DNA from: Eremomyces bilateralis CBS 781.70
Taxonomy: Eukaryota
Direction: 5' to 3' (one strand)
Length of the DNA stretch: 64,000 bases
Assembly: GCA_010015585.1 (NCBI GenBank)
Contig: ML975154.1
Shown: in pieces, positions 24,863-37,487 of the stretch
Numbering within the stretch: the stretch's first letter is position 1
Layout of the letters: each line of letters starts with the position of its first letter
Made by a program: the position numbers and the translations under genes
Notes under the pieces: model-generated
Told to the model about the DNA's origin: nothing
The model's database searches: none
Seen by the model: the letters and a program-made list of their open reading frames with translations, nothing else

Positions 24863-25744
24863 TGCACCTCGAATAATGTTCTTGGGGGATTCAATCGGCC
24901 TTTATCACAACTCATCAGGTAGGATTCTCTGCACGAACATAATGATCAACGGACTAGGGGCCAAAATCTAACGCTGAACAGTCACACAGCTGCTTTGAAA
25001 TCCAAATCACCCTGGTAGCTCCAACCTTTCATCAGAGATCCTTTACGTCCATACGGAAGTAGACACAGAGAGAACTTGAAAAAGGAAGTCTAGTCGATAC
25101 GTTTGGGTGAGAAGGAATCTGATATGAATACTGTACCCGAGGGTCGACGAAAGAGCTGGTCCGGGGGATGGAAACAGACTCATGAAGTCGAAACTCTCAA
25201 CCGTTATCTTCGTTAGTTCTTTTTACCTTAAGCTCCCTCTCTAGAGGCATAGGATTCTCTGCTTATGTAGGCTAGGAGAGGATATCAAGGTGAAGGACTA
25301 GTCGTTGCAATGGATGTGACTCACTTATGAGTCTGTCAACAGCGATGTGGCTGAGTCTGGGTGGGGAATGCCACACACCAGCCAACGATATCAAAGAGAG
25401 TGTAGTGTGGCTTGACCGCCGAGGCGACAGAGAGCCAAAAATTGGCTGTCCATCAATGACATGTTACTCATATCGAGCCCAATGACTCACGACTAATTGT
25501 CAATATATTCTGGATGGTCCAAAGGTGTAACTCTGTTGTTTCATCCCTCTCGAGCCTCCGATAACTTGTGGGAGCATACAGTAGCCTTGTTCCTCTAATT
25601 TGGCGTACCAATCCCCACCACTTTGCAGCTACGCACAAAATCCACAGCTCAACCCCTTCCCCAATTGGGGATTGAATCTTCACAATATTTCCCCGGGCGT
25701 TGAGAGCGCGCTGTATATTCCGATTCCGACCTACCACCGTCAGA

Positions 25745-28700
25745 ATGGCGCTGAATGCGGCATCCCACAATATCCGTATGGCCGATGAATCACCCACTCG
25801 GAAATCTTCCAAGCTAACCCATGGATTGAATAGCTGGCGAAAAGACCGGACCGATCACCGGACAACCTCCTTCTCCCTCAAAGGAAACCTCCAAGTCGAT
25901 ACAAGAAGCAGCTTCAAAAGATGCTACCGGACAAAGCACTCCAGGTCGCGATGGCGGGGATAAGAAGGCCGAAACGAAGGTGAAGTCGGAGAAAGAACGT
26001 CAGTATCACTGGCAAACACATCGTTGCAGCGCGGAGTAGCTGATATTCAGACAGTGGCCAAGGAACGAGCGAAGGCAGAAAAGCTGAAGAAATTCGCGGA
26101 GAAGCAGGCGAAGCAGGCGGCAGCTAAGGCGGCGGCTCCGTCGAAAGAGAAGGAGAAGAAGAAGGCGGAGAAAGAGGCGCCGTTGCCGGAATATGTTGAG
26201 GAGACCCCCAAGGGACAGAAGAAGATCCTGAAGCCTCTGGACGACGTCTTCCACAAAGCGTATATTCCCCGCGTTGTCGAGTCGGCCTGGTCCGATTGGT
26301 GGGAGCAAGAAGGTTTCTTCAAACCCGAATTTGCGCCCGACGGCAATGTCAAGAAAGATGGCTACTTCGTGATCACTATACCGCCCCCGAACGTCACCGG
26401 TGCATTGCATTGCGGGCATGCTCTCGGAAATGCGCTCCAAGATTGTTTGATTCGATGGTACCGTATGAAAGGGGTGACGACTCTTTTCGTACCTGGTTGC
26501 GATCACGCCGGCATCGCCACACAAGCTGTCGTCGAAAACATGCTGTGGAGGAGAGAAAAGAAAACCCGACATGACCTTGGTCGTCAAGCCTTCGTCGAGC
26601 GTACTCACGAGTGGAAGACGGAGTACCATGAGAAGATCACCCGTGTCCTGAAGCGCATGGCCGGATCGTACGACTGGACTCGCGAGGCTTTCACAATGAG
26701 CGAAGATCTTTCCTCCGCGGTGACAGAGACATTCGTCCGGCTGCATGAAGAGGGGCTTATTTACCGATCGAATCGCCTGGTCAACTGGGATGTCAAGCTG
26801 AACACCGCATTATCGACGATTGAGGTGGACAACAAGGAGATCACCGGTCGAACACTCCTCACTGTTCCGGGTTATGAGCGTAAAGTCGAGTTTGGTGTGC
26901 TGACGCACTTCAAATACCCGATCGAAGGCTCAGAGGAGATGCTCGAGGTCGCCACAACTCGTCCGGAGACAATGTTGGGAGATAGTGGCATTGCTGTCCA
27001 CCCTAAAGACGAGCGATACAAGCATCTGGTTGGTAAAAATGCGAAACATCCGTTTGTCGATCGTCTCCTGCCGATTATCGCTGATAGCTACGTCGATCCG
27101 GAGTTCGGTACCGGTGCGGTAAAACTCACTCCTGCCCACGACCCGAACGATTTCGCGATTGGAAAGCGCCATAACCTTGAATTCATTAACATCTTGAACG
27201 ACGATGGCACGCTCAACGGGAACTGTGGCCAGTTCACGGGACACAAGCGCTTCGATGCCCGGTACGGCGTCACGGAGGAGTTGACCAAGCTCGGCCTGTT
27301 CGTCAAGAAAGAGGACAACACGATGAAAGTGCCCCTTTCTTCGCGCTCGAATGATGTTGTTGAACCCGTCATGAAGCCGCAGTGGTGGATGAGCATGAAG
27401 TCGCTCGCCGAACCCGCTATCGAGGTTGTCAAGAATGGCGACATCAAGATCCGTCCGGCCAGCGCCGAGAAAAGCTACTACCGCTGGTTGGAAAACATCA
27501 ATGACTGGTGCTTGTCGCGTCAACTATGGTGGGGTCACCAGATCCCGGCCTATCTTGTCAAGTTTGACAGCGAAACTTCTGATCCGATCAGCAATGAGAA
27601 CTGGGTTACTGGGCGTACGGAAGCAGAGGCACAGGCAAAGGCAGAGAAGAAGTTCCCGGGCAAAAAGTTTACTCTGGAAAGAGATCCTGATGTGCTTGAC
27701 ACCTGGTTCTCGTCGGGCTTGTGGCCCTTCTCAACATTGGGCTGGCCGAAGAACACGCATGATTTTGAGAAGCTCTTCCCGACATCTGTTTTGGAGACCG
27801 GATGGGACATTCTCTTTTTCTGGGTTGCTAGGATGATCATGCTCAGCCTCAAGTTGACTGGCAAAGTACCTTTCAAGGAGGTGTACTGCCATTCCTTGAT
27901 CCGTGACTCCGAGGGACGGAAGATGTCCAAGTCGCTGGGCAACGTCATTGATCCCGTCGATATTATGGAGGGAATCACCCTTCCGGCACTGCATGACAAA
28001 CTTCTCGTGGGCAACTTGGATCCAACGGAGCTCACTACGGCGACGAAGTATCAGAAGGCATCATTCCCGCAAGGTATTCCAGAATGCGGTGCGGATGCAC
28101 TTCGTTTCTCATTGATTCAATACACAACAGGGGGTGAGATTTTCCCTTTGCGTGCCACCCTAACGACCGTTAGCTGACTTCATACACAGGTGGTGACATC
28201 GCTTTCGACGTCAAGGTTATGCAAGGCTACCGAAGATTCTGCAACAAAATCTACCAGGCAACCAAATACGTACTCGGAAACCTTGACGAAAACTTCACTC
28301 CTCAAGCGAAGAGCGGCAAGACTGGCAAAGAGACTCTCGCCGAACGATGGATCCTCCACAAGCTCGCCATCGCGTCAAGAGATATCAATAAGGCGCTTGA
28401 AGACCGCGAGTTCTCGCGCTCAACGCAGATCGCATACCAGTATTGGTACGACAATCTCTGCGACGTCTACATTGAGAACTCAAAGGCAATCATTCTCAAC
28501 GGCACCGAGGAAGAGAAGCGATCTGCGGTTGACACGTTGTACACTGTGCTTGAGGCCGGTTTGACGATGATCCACCCATTCATGCCGTTCTTGAGCGAAG
28601 AATTGTGGCAACGCTTGCCACGGAGACCGGAGGATAATACACCTTCGATCGTCAGGGCAGCATACCCGCAGTACGACGCAGCCATGGATGATCCCGAGTC

Positions 28701-29264
28701 CGAGGCTGTTTACGAGCTCGTCTTGGGATGCTCCAAGGGTGTGCGATCGCTCATGGCGGAATACGCCATCCGAGAGAATGGCACAGGTAAGCAACACATG
28801 AACGATTAATGTCACGAACAGGGCTAATGTGCAATACAGCCTTCGTCCTCCCTTCCGACGACAAGTCCTACTCCATCATCAACTCCGAGCTCCAAGCCAT
28901 CCGCGCCCTCTCCAGCAAAGGCGTCAGCTCCATCACCATCCTCGCCCCCACCACCAGCCCCCCGACCGGCTGCGCCGTCTTCGTCCCCTCCCCCAGCGCC
29001 GCCGTGTTCCTCGAGGTCAAAGGGCGCGTGAACATCGACGCGGAGATCAAGAAGGCGCAGACGAAGATGCAGAAGGCGGCGGACAACGCCACGAAGCAGC
29101 GGAAGCTGCTAGAGGCACCGGACTTCGAGGAGAAGGCCAGCAAGGCGGTAAGGGACGTCGAGCAGGGGCGGCTCGGGGAGTTCCTAGCCGAGCAGAAGAA
29201 CTATGAGCAGAGTATTGAGCAATTTGAGAAGTTGAAGTTGGATGAGAGGGGGGCGGCAGCGTAG
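25745..29264 (+). CDS. VAS1: Valine--tRNA ligase (multi-exon)
   Basis: [15 protein letters not shown] (HIGH), [50 protein letters not shown]; introns after [10 protein letters not shown], near 25999, 28134 and 28787. Confidence 0.98.
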
Positions 29265-30682
29265 ACGTCGCCTTGTGGGGCAACGGTTCGTGTTCTCCCA
29301 CGCGCCGGGGAGAAAGTAGTGTTGGAATGGGTAGGACAGTCCTAGCGGCGCGAGATGTACAATACAGTAGTTCCCGCATCCCGGGGTACCGTACTCGAGC
29401 CAGGTATTCCGACTTGCGACATCTCCAAATCAGTGGGTGTAAACATGTGCCATGCTCACGATAAGTAAATGTCATGTTCAACCAACGCCACAGCCGCAGC
29501 GTGCGCCGGTCCGACATCCCCGGCCGCCTAGCGAGGCGGAGCCACCCCAACCCTGTGTCACTCCCGACGATCGTGTTCCACTTGAACGTCGTGGATCTCG
29601 ATTATTCTCGAGATCCCGTCCCGAGCCCCGTTGCAGGGAATCGATTCTTCTGAATTCCGGAATTTTGATGTCGGTGAACGGCGAATGAGCATAGTTCGCG
29701 GAGGTGGGTTCCGTTCCTATTTGCTGGCGGATCTAACCGGTCTACGGGAACGCATAACATGACATGTGCGCCACCTTTTCGACGAGCACACATGGCGTTG
29801 GTAAGCGCGAATACATGGTATGCCACAACCGTTACGATGGCATCCGAAGGTTAGTCGATCCGCATCCCCGGGATGCGTGCTTGTCGGAGAACGTTTTGTA
29901 CGGCTACGTAGAGGGAGAAGGTGGCGTACATCAGCCTTGGACGGATCTGACTGGGTAGGGGTTCTACCCTGCATATTGGTGATATCAATGTACCCCGGTC
30001 CAGTCAGGGCCCGACCATTGATAATGTGTGATAATTGTTCATCGGTTGGGCTGCATATGGCCTCAATGAGGCTGAATGAAGGCGTGGGATCGTGACCCTC
30101 CTGTTGTAGCTGTATGTGGGATCTATGCACTGCTTCGAGTGCTAGGTTGACCGACAAGTAGCTTTACAGCAATCAAGAGAGGTGCGGGTGGCCGAACTCC
30201 TGGAGAGCTCAAGAAGAACGGTTAATTGAATAGCCGGGTCACAAATTTTGACTATAAAAAACCCGTGACCCATCTATGAGCAAGATGGTTCAATCTAAGA
30301 GGCACCAGAGTCTAAACACTGCACACACTTGTATTCACGTGGACTGATAGGTTCCAAAGTCCCCATTCAAGCATGGCATACAAGGCCTGTGTGTATTCCG
30401 CCTAACTAATTTAAGGCTCGCGCACAGGATATCGATATATTTGGCTGTTGACATAACCCCGCGATCTTTCTTCTCATAATTTGTTATGTGAATCACCTCT
30501 AAGGATCAGCCCCTCAACGGACAACGTCCCTCCTCTTACTATGAATAAGAAGTCGAGTCAAGAGCAGTCCCTAAGTGGGCTTTCTCTGGTTTGCGAAGGG
30601 AGGTAAGTGTCTTGGCTCCATGTGGCGGTCACTTATGGTTGACTGACATCCGTGAAGCTCGATCTCGACCCTGACCCTCGAC

Positions 30683-31051
30683 ATGCTACCGTCGAATGCC
30701 TCGGGGAAGAAAGAAGCCTTATCGTCTCCGCAGAAGACTTCATCGTCGGTCCCTTCTACCTCTTCATTTGAAAAGAACATCAAAGACCTGTCCTCAACCC
30801 CGCCGACTGAGAGTATCGTCGGCGCAGCGGGCCCCCCGACAGAGAAGCATGCGGCAACCAGGGGTGTAGCCCCTAGACGACCAATTCGGAGCCGAGGCTA
30901 TAGCCTCGACCGATATCTAAACACACCGGAGACACATGAACAGATCGCCGTGGAAATGTCGATGGAGAGTGACCAGCCAGAGGGAAGCACGGCGACAGAG
31001 CGGACCGGAGAGAAGAAACCGGGTAAGACAGGGGGGAACAAGGACAAGTGA
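30683..31051 (+). CDS. Hypothetical small, low-complexity, probably disordered protein
   Basis: 122-aa ATG ORF, S/T/P/E/K-rich; no recognisable domain. Confidence 0.45.
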   Translation: MLPSNASGKKEALSSPQKTSSSVPSTSSFEKNIKDLSSTPPTESIVGAAGPPTEKHAATRGVAPRRPIRSRGYSLDRYLNTPETHEQIAVEMSMESDQPEGSTATERTGEKKPGKTGGNKDK

Positions 31052-31975
31052 ATGGGAAATCGGTTCAGACTATCAAGGACTTCGCAGGACTTCGAGAAGC
31101 TAGGAAACCCCTTGCGGATCTTCAGAAGAGCCGGGTACATTCTTCTGGTGCTTCTAATAGGAGAAAAAGCAATGGGCTAGGGGTTTAAAATATGTTTTCC
31201 GTCAGAGGAAGAACTTGCTTTCAGGCACGCTGAATTTCTGACTCTTGTCGTCTTCGTCGTCCTATGTCGTCCTATGTCGTCGTTTAGCATTAAGAGCGCT
31301 CTCAAAAATCTTCAGCCCGCACCAATAGTGGAAGTCAAGGTGAATTCACAGCACCACACACCGTGGATGCATATCCCCAGAGGTTATACTTCGTCAGTGA
31401 CGTGAAGCACAAAGTTTGAAGTCGGAATAAGTTTGTACAAGTGGCCCCACGCGGCGTGATGATCTCAGGGATCTGTACTGCGACGCCGAGAGTTTTATGG
31501 CCTCAGGCCTGAACACCTGAGATCAGCCAGAAACTGCGCAATTGATCGTGTGTGGTTCATGGCACAACAAATGTTCTTATTACTTCCTAATTCTAGTGTT
31601 CTCAAACCATTTCAGAATATCTTGCATCATGGTGAAAACGTAGCTGTGGCCATGCGCGGCGTAGCGGATGGTGCATCAGCTACGCATCGCTATCCCCTTA
31701 TCTCTGGCGACATTGATGCGTAATCGCTCCGGCCTAAATCAGGAGGAGATACTACGATACCTTCTTCTCTTCCTGTCGTTAGTGAGCTAGGTTCTAGTTA
31801 GGATCGGCATCAGGTGATTAACGTGATACGGAGTATTTCAACTCTTGATGACAATCCAATATCATTTGTGTTTGATCCATTCCCAGGAATTTCATATTTA
31901 CGGAATAGGGAAGGAACATAAAAGAGTTTGGCCGATTTAATATAATAATAATATAATATACAGCCCGTTGATTGC

Positions 31976-32683
31976 ATGATGCATTTCCAGCATTGCATCA
32001 CCTCCGCCATTCTTCTTGCCGCCTCCTGCTCCTCTTTAACATTTGCTGAAGAAAATCATCAAAGCCCCTTTATCGAGCCGTCAGAAATCTCCTTCGAAAC
32101 CCGCGCCTTCTGGATCCGTCACGCGAACGACGCCCTCCGCTACCTCACCCCATCTCCCTGCCCCTTTGAGGCTTTCGGCACCGTCATCGTCAACCACTCC
32201 TCCACCCCCCCAGACAGCCCGCACGGCGCCATGGTGTGCATCGGCGCCAACGCCATCGTCACCGGCAACCCGACCCTGCACGGGGAAATCGCCGCCATCA
32301 ACAACTGCTCGGCCGTCCTGCAGTCGGACCCGTACCACCTCTCCGCGCAGGAGGCGCTCGCCGCGTTCGCGGATCTGTCGCTGTACACGAATGCGGAGCC
32401 GTGTGCGATGTGCGCGACCGCGATCCGCTGGGCGGGGTTTAAGGAGTTGATTTACGGGACGGGCGAGGAGCGGCTGGAATCATTGGGGTGGCAGACGGTT
32501 GGGATTAGGAGTCGGGAGGTGTTGGAGAGGAGTCGGGATTTGTCGAGTAGGACAAGGTCGGTGGGGAGCGTGTTGAGTAATGAGACGGATCCGTATTTTG
32601 CGTGGCAGTTTAATCCGATGGCGCCGTGTCCCCAGGGGTGTTTAAGGGAGGGGCATGTGTGCTTTGGGCAAGAGACGGGTTGA
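31976..32683 (+). CDS. Secreted zinc-dependent cytidine/nucleoside deaminase family protein
   Basis: Signal peptide; FGTVIVN, HGEIAAI (HxE), YTNAEPCAMC (PCxxC); intronless, strong codon bias. Confidence 0.9.
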   Translation: MMHFQHCITSAILLAASCSSLTFAEENHQSPFIEPSEISFETRAFWIRHANDALRYLTPSPCPFEAFGTVIVNHSSTPPDSPHGAMVCIGANAIVTGNPTLHGEIAAINNCSAVLQSDPYHLSAQEALAAFADLSLYTNAEPCAMCATAIRWAGFKELIYGTGEERLESLGWQTVGIRSREVLERSRDLSSRTRSVGSVLSNETDPYFAWQFNPMAPCPQGCLREGHVCFGQETG

Positions 32684-32936
32684 AAGAGTTTGTAACCTGG
32701 ATGAGAGTTCGCAAGAAGGAGTAGTATAATGTAGAATTTATGATGTTCATGATTTCGTTCGGGAAGAACCCGTACATCAGCCATTTCCTCCTGCTGTGAA
32801 TGATACGCCACGAGCTGTAAGTCTGCTCTGATGGTCTATCATCTAAGTATATATATATATACCACATCATTCCTCGATAGCCGCGGTGGCATTGCCGCAT
32901 CTTTCCGCTAGTGCATGATTTTCCAAGCTCTTTAGG

Positions 32937-33821
32937 TTATATTTGCACCTTTATCGGAGTAGTGTTCTTTGTACGCATCGCAGCATTAACAACCTGCGTA
33001 TGAGATCGAACAGGTGTGTGGAAGAAAGAAACAAAAAACAGATAAACGAAATGTAAGAGGGCGAATAGTCCCTCTTTCCGCGCCACTACAGCCATATACG
33101 CCCGCTCCACGTCATCATAAGCAACCAGTTGCTGGCCATTAGCTTCGTGAATATGGCCAAAGACGTGTAATTTCGGCTTCGTTCGCCAGACCTCTTGCGA
33201 GAGGAATGCGCAGCCGAACGAGCGGTCCCGGTATCCCAAAGGCGGACCATGCGTGACCAGAATGTCTACATCGTCTGGTATCTGGTTCTCCCAAACGTTC
33301 TCCTCACGGGGGTATTGGAATGCCGTGTACCCGTAAAACTTCGGGCTCATCGGGCTGCCGAATACCTTCAGCGTGCGTCCATCGGCGCATTCGATGGTAG
33401 CCGACCCGTTTTGCAAATAAATCAATCCGGACGTATCCAACGTCTGCACCGTCTTGGAATAGGACCGGATTTCCGGGTCGAGGAATACGTCATGGTTACC
33501 TCCGATCACGATCTTGTGCTGATGAGGTTGCGCCTTCAGCCAGTCGAAGCACGCTTGGATCTCTTTTAATGTCCCGCGATGTGTGAGATCGCCGGCGTGG
33601 ATTAGGACGTCTCCCAGTGGAATGTCAGGTTGTTGGCCGTGGGTGTCCGAAATGCAGATTATTGAGATGGGTGAAGGTGACTGTGCAGGAATAACGCGTC
33701 GGATACCATGGAATTTTCTGGCGAGGTAGGTGGTTGGGGAGCGGATCAAGTCCTCCAGGTCGTAGGGACGGAGCCTTATTAGCGTTCGCCTTAGTGTTCG
33801 TGATTGGTTTATATTTAGCAT
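32937..33821 (-). CDS. Metallophosphoesterase (MPPED1/2-like, calcineurin-like fold)
   Basis: ISDTH, HAGDLT, GGNHD, VTHGPP, VFGHIHE motifs; first ATG at 33821. Confidence 0.92.
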   Translation of the reverse strand: MLNINQSRTLRRTLIRLRPYDLEDLIRSPTTYLARKFHGIRRVIPAQSPSPISIICISDTHGQQPDIPLGDVLIHAGDLTHRGTLKEIQACFDWLKAQPHQHKIVIGGNHDVFLDPEIRSYSKTVQTLDTSGLIYLQNGSATIECADGRTLKVFGSPMSPKFYGYTAFQYPREENVWENQIPDDVDILVTHGPPLGYRDRSFGCAFLSQEVWRTKPKLHVFGHIHEANGQQLVAYDDVERAYMAVVARKEGLFALLHFVYLFFVSFFHTPVRSHTQVVNAAMRTKNTTPIKVQI

Positions 33822-35502
33822 GATGAGAGACTTGTAAAGTAAAGGGAGAAAAGAATATTGGAAAGGCTCAGTAACCGCGATATGGATTTTAAATATGTCG
33901 TGTTCGTCCCTAATAATTCCCTGTAATGTTCGAATCGTGAAGGCACCAAGATTGAGTTGCACTGCCGTCTCACGACACACTGCCCCCTTCCTTTTCGCAC
34001 ACTCAGCAAACCACACTGTGGAATCATGAAGCGATGCAGCCGTAGACAGGCAGAAGTTCAATTATCGAGCATAATCAGAGCTCATGTTGCGAGTTAGAAG
34101 CGATAGAATTTTATGGTGGACATTGATACCCATGGCGCACATCCGTAGGTTTCGGAAATTCTAAATCATTCTAGTATTTGACCTTGGTATTACTATATAG
34201 AATGTCTCTACGCGTAATAGGTTGGTACAGCTTCCCCTTCACGTACACGGCCATTTGTCGGGCCAAAATACCCCCAAGTGCGTGACCCTTCAACCAAGGG
34301 CTCATGGTATCCCCGATTTCTGCCGAGGGCGTCACTTCGTTCAATTCCCATCATGGCGGTGATGTGCGCCAAAGTCTCAACGAGGGGGTCTCCGTACAAA
34401 GCGCGTAGACAATGTCCACGATGGGCAGCCGTAAGAGGGAGGCAGACGAATCTCGTGGGTCTGTAGCCGTCCCAATCTGGGCAACGTCTTGCTCGTGGAG
34501 GGTCGTCCGGTATGCGCCCACCTGACATTATGGCAACATTGTTGAATCTCAATCGGATCAGGCCCACGTTGCGAGATGGGATTAAATCGATGAAGCATAC
34601 TCCCAGTGATCGAGGGTTGGCCGCGTCACAGGAATTGCAACACAAGAAGCGTTGGCAGGGGTGCTAGCTAGCTTTATATAACCGGATTTCGATGGGTCAA
34701 TATCTGGTGATGTCTGTATCGGAATAGGCTTTCTCCCGTCTAATAATGGGGAATCCGATCTGGAGGAAGAGGCCGTAGGTGCAGCCAGCAGACCTCGAAA
34801 GCCGCAAGTTTCGCAGCGGAACGGCCCCGGGATGAAAGCATACAACCGATATCCGTCGACTCGCGTCAACGATGCGTGTATCTATCGCTTCTTATATGCT
34901 GCCTGTAATAGCGACCTGTGAGTAATTTCTCCGACCCTCACGCTTCCAACCAATGAATGGATCTCATCAAAGCAGGTCGTCATCAATGAAGTTACCGAAG
35001 ACTTACCAGATAACAATTTTTGAGCCGAAGAAACTCGTCTAGACACATGTTTTTCTGTACATTCTTATAATTCGCGGTGATACAGGTTCCGTATGTCGAG
35101 CTCTATACATGTTGAGTCGAGGGCAATTACGGATTTTCTCAGGGAACATACCTCTTTCGAGCACTTCCCAACCGCTGCGGCGAATCGATGAAGAGGGCGG
35201 ACTTTTGTGGACATGTTGTGCATGCAATTGATAATGCAATTCTTAATTCCTTAATCGGTGATGTTGATGTAGAGTTTGGTCTTGTCTGAGCAACGCCGAG
35301 CAATATTTCTAACTCGTTCATTAACACGTGACTTATATTGAATGCCGAACGTCCAGCTCATGGTTCAGTTTGATTTCGCAGTCTCTTAAAAGGCTGAAAA
35401 TTGATGCTATAGAAACTTAATTTGCATATGGGTATCTCGCTTAAAATACATAACCGGTTGACATAAGTTTGACACCTTTTAAACGTGCCAGTCCACCCAT
35501 TT

Positions 35503-37211
35503 TCATTCCACCGCCAATTCGACGAGTAACCGCAGCCTTTCCGCACTCATCTGCAGGGCAGCTTTCCCATCCAGTTCGATTAGCTGCTTTTTGCCTTCCC
35601 CGAGCGCTCTTTCATTCCTCGCTCGAATCCCCGTATCCACGGCCTTCTGCAGCTGCTTGTCGCATTTCACCTGGCCGGACTCCAACAACTCTATCAACAA
35701 GCGCTCGAGCACAAGGCTGACCTTTAGATTGTCGGGAGTGGTATAGCTATTGGCTGAGCATGAGAGGAACTTCTCCAGGAAAATCGAAGTGGGGACGTTG
35801 AAGACGTTCAGTTTTCTGGGGATGTTGATCATATGAGGGATTAGAAGATCGAAATGGAGAGCCCGGTGGAGTAGAGGCGTCAACTTCGTGGTTCGAAGAA
35901 GAACAGTGTATTGGGGAATCGGGAGGGGGCGCATAGATTCGGTGATGATATCCAGCATTTCGTCGAGACGCCACGCGGGAAAAGTTACATGGTCAAGTAC
36001 GTCGCATATCTAGATATCAGTTAGTCCTCGAGCTTTGAACAGATATGGAAATCCTTACTAGAGCAATAAGTCGCTGCCGTAGCTGGACGGCTTCATAACC
36101 CCCCAACTCTTGCATGTAGTCCACCTCCTCTTCGTCAACATCCATGTCCGTGTCCTGGCTGGTTTCACTGTCAGAAGCCGGTTCAGGGGAATCCGCCAGC
36201 TTCTCATCGTCGCCATCGTAGTCCCCGTAATCTGCGTTTTCAATATCGATCTTCTTCAACTTTTCGAATTTCTTCGCGTCGGATTCATTCTTCCTCTCTT
36301 TCGTCTCGTTCTTCCACACTTCTTTGAAGGCCTTTTGGCAGTCATCGCTGCCATCCGCGAGAATGGCCTTCATCACTCTTCGCCATGCTGCTCGATTTTC
36401 TAGAGCCTCGAGGTAGGACACGATGACGGCTGTATCCAGCCTGCGCTCTTGATCTGTCGCCTCGGCGCTGGCCCTTTTCCTCGCGTTCCAATCCCTCTCC
36501 AGCACCTCAATCACAAACTCCAGCCAACCCCGCCAGTATTCCCACCTCTGCATCCATGCCATCGAGCAATAAAACGCCCATCCGACCACGTCCCAGAACT
36601 GCGCGGCGCGATTGAATACGCTCTGCTCGTTCGCCAGTCGATGTTTGTCTCCGATCATGCCCAGTCCATCCTCTTCTTCCTGCTCGGTGACCCCTCCGTC
36701 GAGGTCGGACCGGTGCTTTTTGAACTCGCCACTGCGCCGCAATTGGCGACGGTCAAGTCGACCGTCACCACGGGATTGGCCCGAGAATTGAAGCACCTTG
36801 TCCCATTGTAGATCTCCGACGCCCGCAACTTCGAGGTACTCCCATAGTAGAGATTGGGCGGATACGGAAACTAATAGGTTGTCGCGATTTGCCGCGCGTG
36901 TTGTGTATTGGGGGTGGACAATAAGGGTCAGGAGCAGAGCGATATGCTGTGGCGGGGGGATATATGCGGGGAGTGTGGACGCTTGAGGATGCGATTGCGA
37001 GGAGATGAGGAGTTGACGGAGGAGAGGTAGAGCTGTGGTATCTAGAAAGACAAGACCGGTTAGAATACATCCCACACGACAACTACAGCGAAATATCAAC
37101 GAGATACATACAAAGTCCTTCGTCAAGATCAACCGTGACTCGCGACAGAAGTGGTCGAGGGAGATGCTTGACGACACGCTTCAGGGGTGGAGAAATAGAG
37201 AAAGATGGCAT
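35503..37211 (-). CDS. Hypothetical helical protein, three exons (possible Nse5-like, untested)
   Basis: ATG 37211 MPSFSISPPLKR..LDEGL spliced to YTTALPLL..IPPPQHIALLLTLIVHPQYTTRA..FWDVVGWAFYCS..WLEFVIEVLERDW; acidic tract; second intron after QRLIAL; last exon ends VELAVE. Confidence 0.75.
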
Positions 37212-37487
37212 TTCGACTCATTCTAGATATCACGATTGGTAGAATGGGAGGTCACTTTAAATCAACTAATAATAGAGCGCGTCGTTGCTGTTCTTCAATA
37301 AAGTCGAGCACGATGTCGCCGACCAGAGGTGATCCCCGTCATAACAGGGTCTGTCTCATAGAACCCCTGTATGGATACTCGACGACGACGACAGCGCGAT
37401 TCAGGTGGTTTCTGCATCCAGAACATTTCCTCTTTTTCTTCGAAGTCTTCAATTAACTACGAATAGCAATTTTATAATACCGGGCAT

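Noticed and set aside
29300..30200. Short ORFs downstream of ValRS, including a Cys/His-containing 146-aa ORF
   Set aside because: Non-ATG start, no convincing finger spacing and no codon bias.
34208..34869. Overlapping minus-strand ORFs of 145 and 95 aa
   Set aside because: No recognisable motif or consistent splice model; possibly an eroded gene but unsupported.
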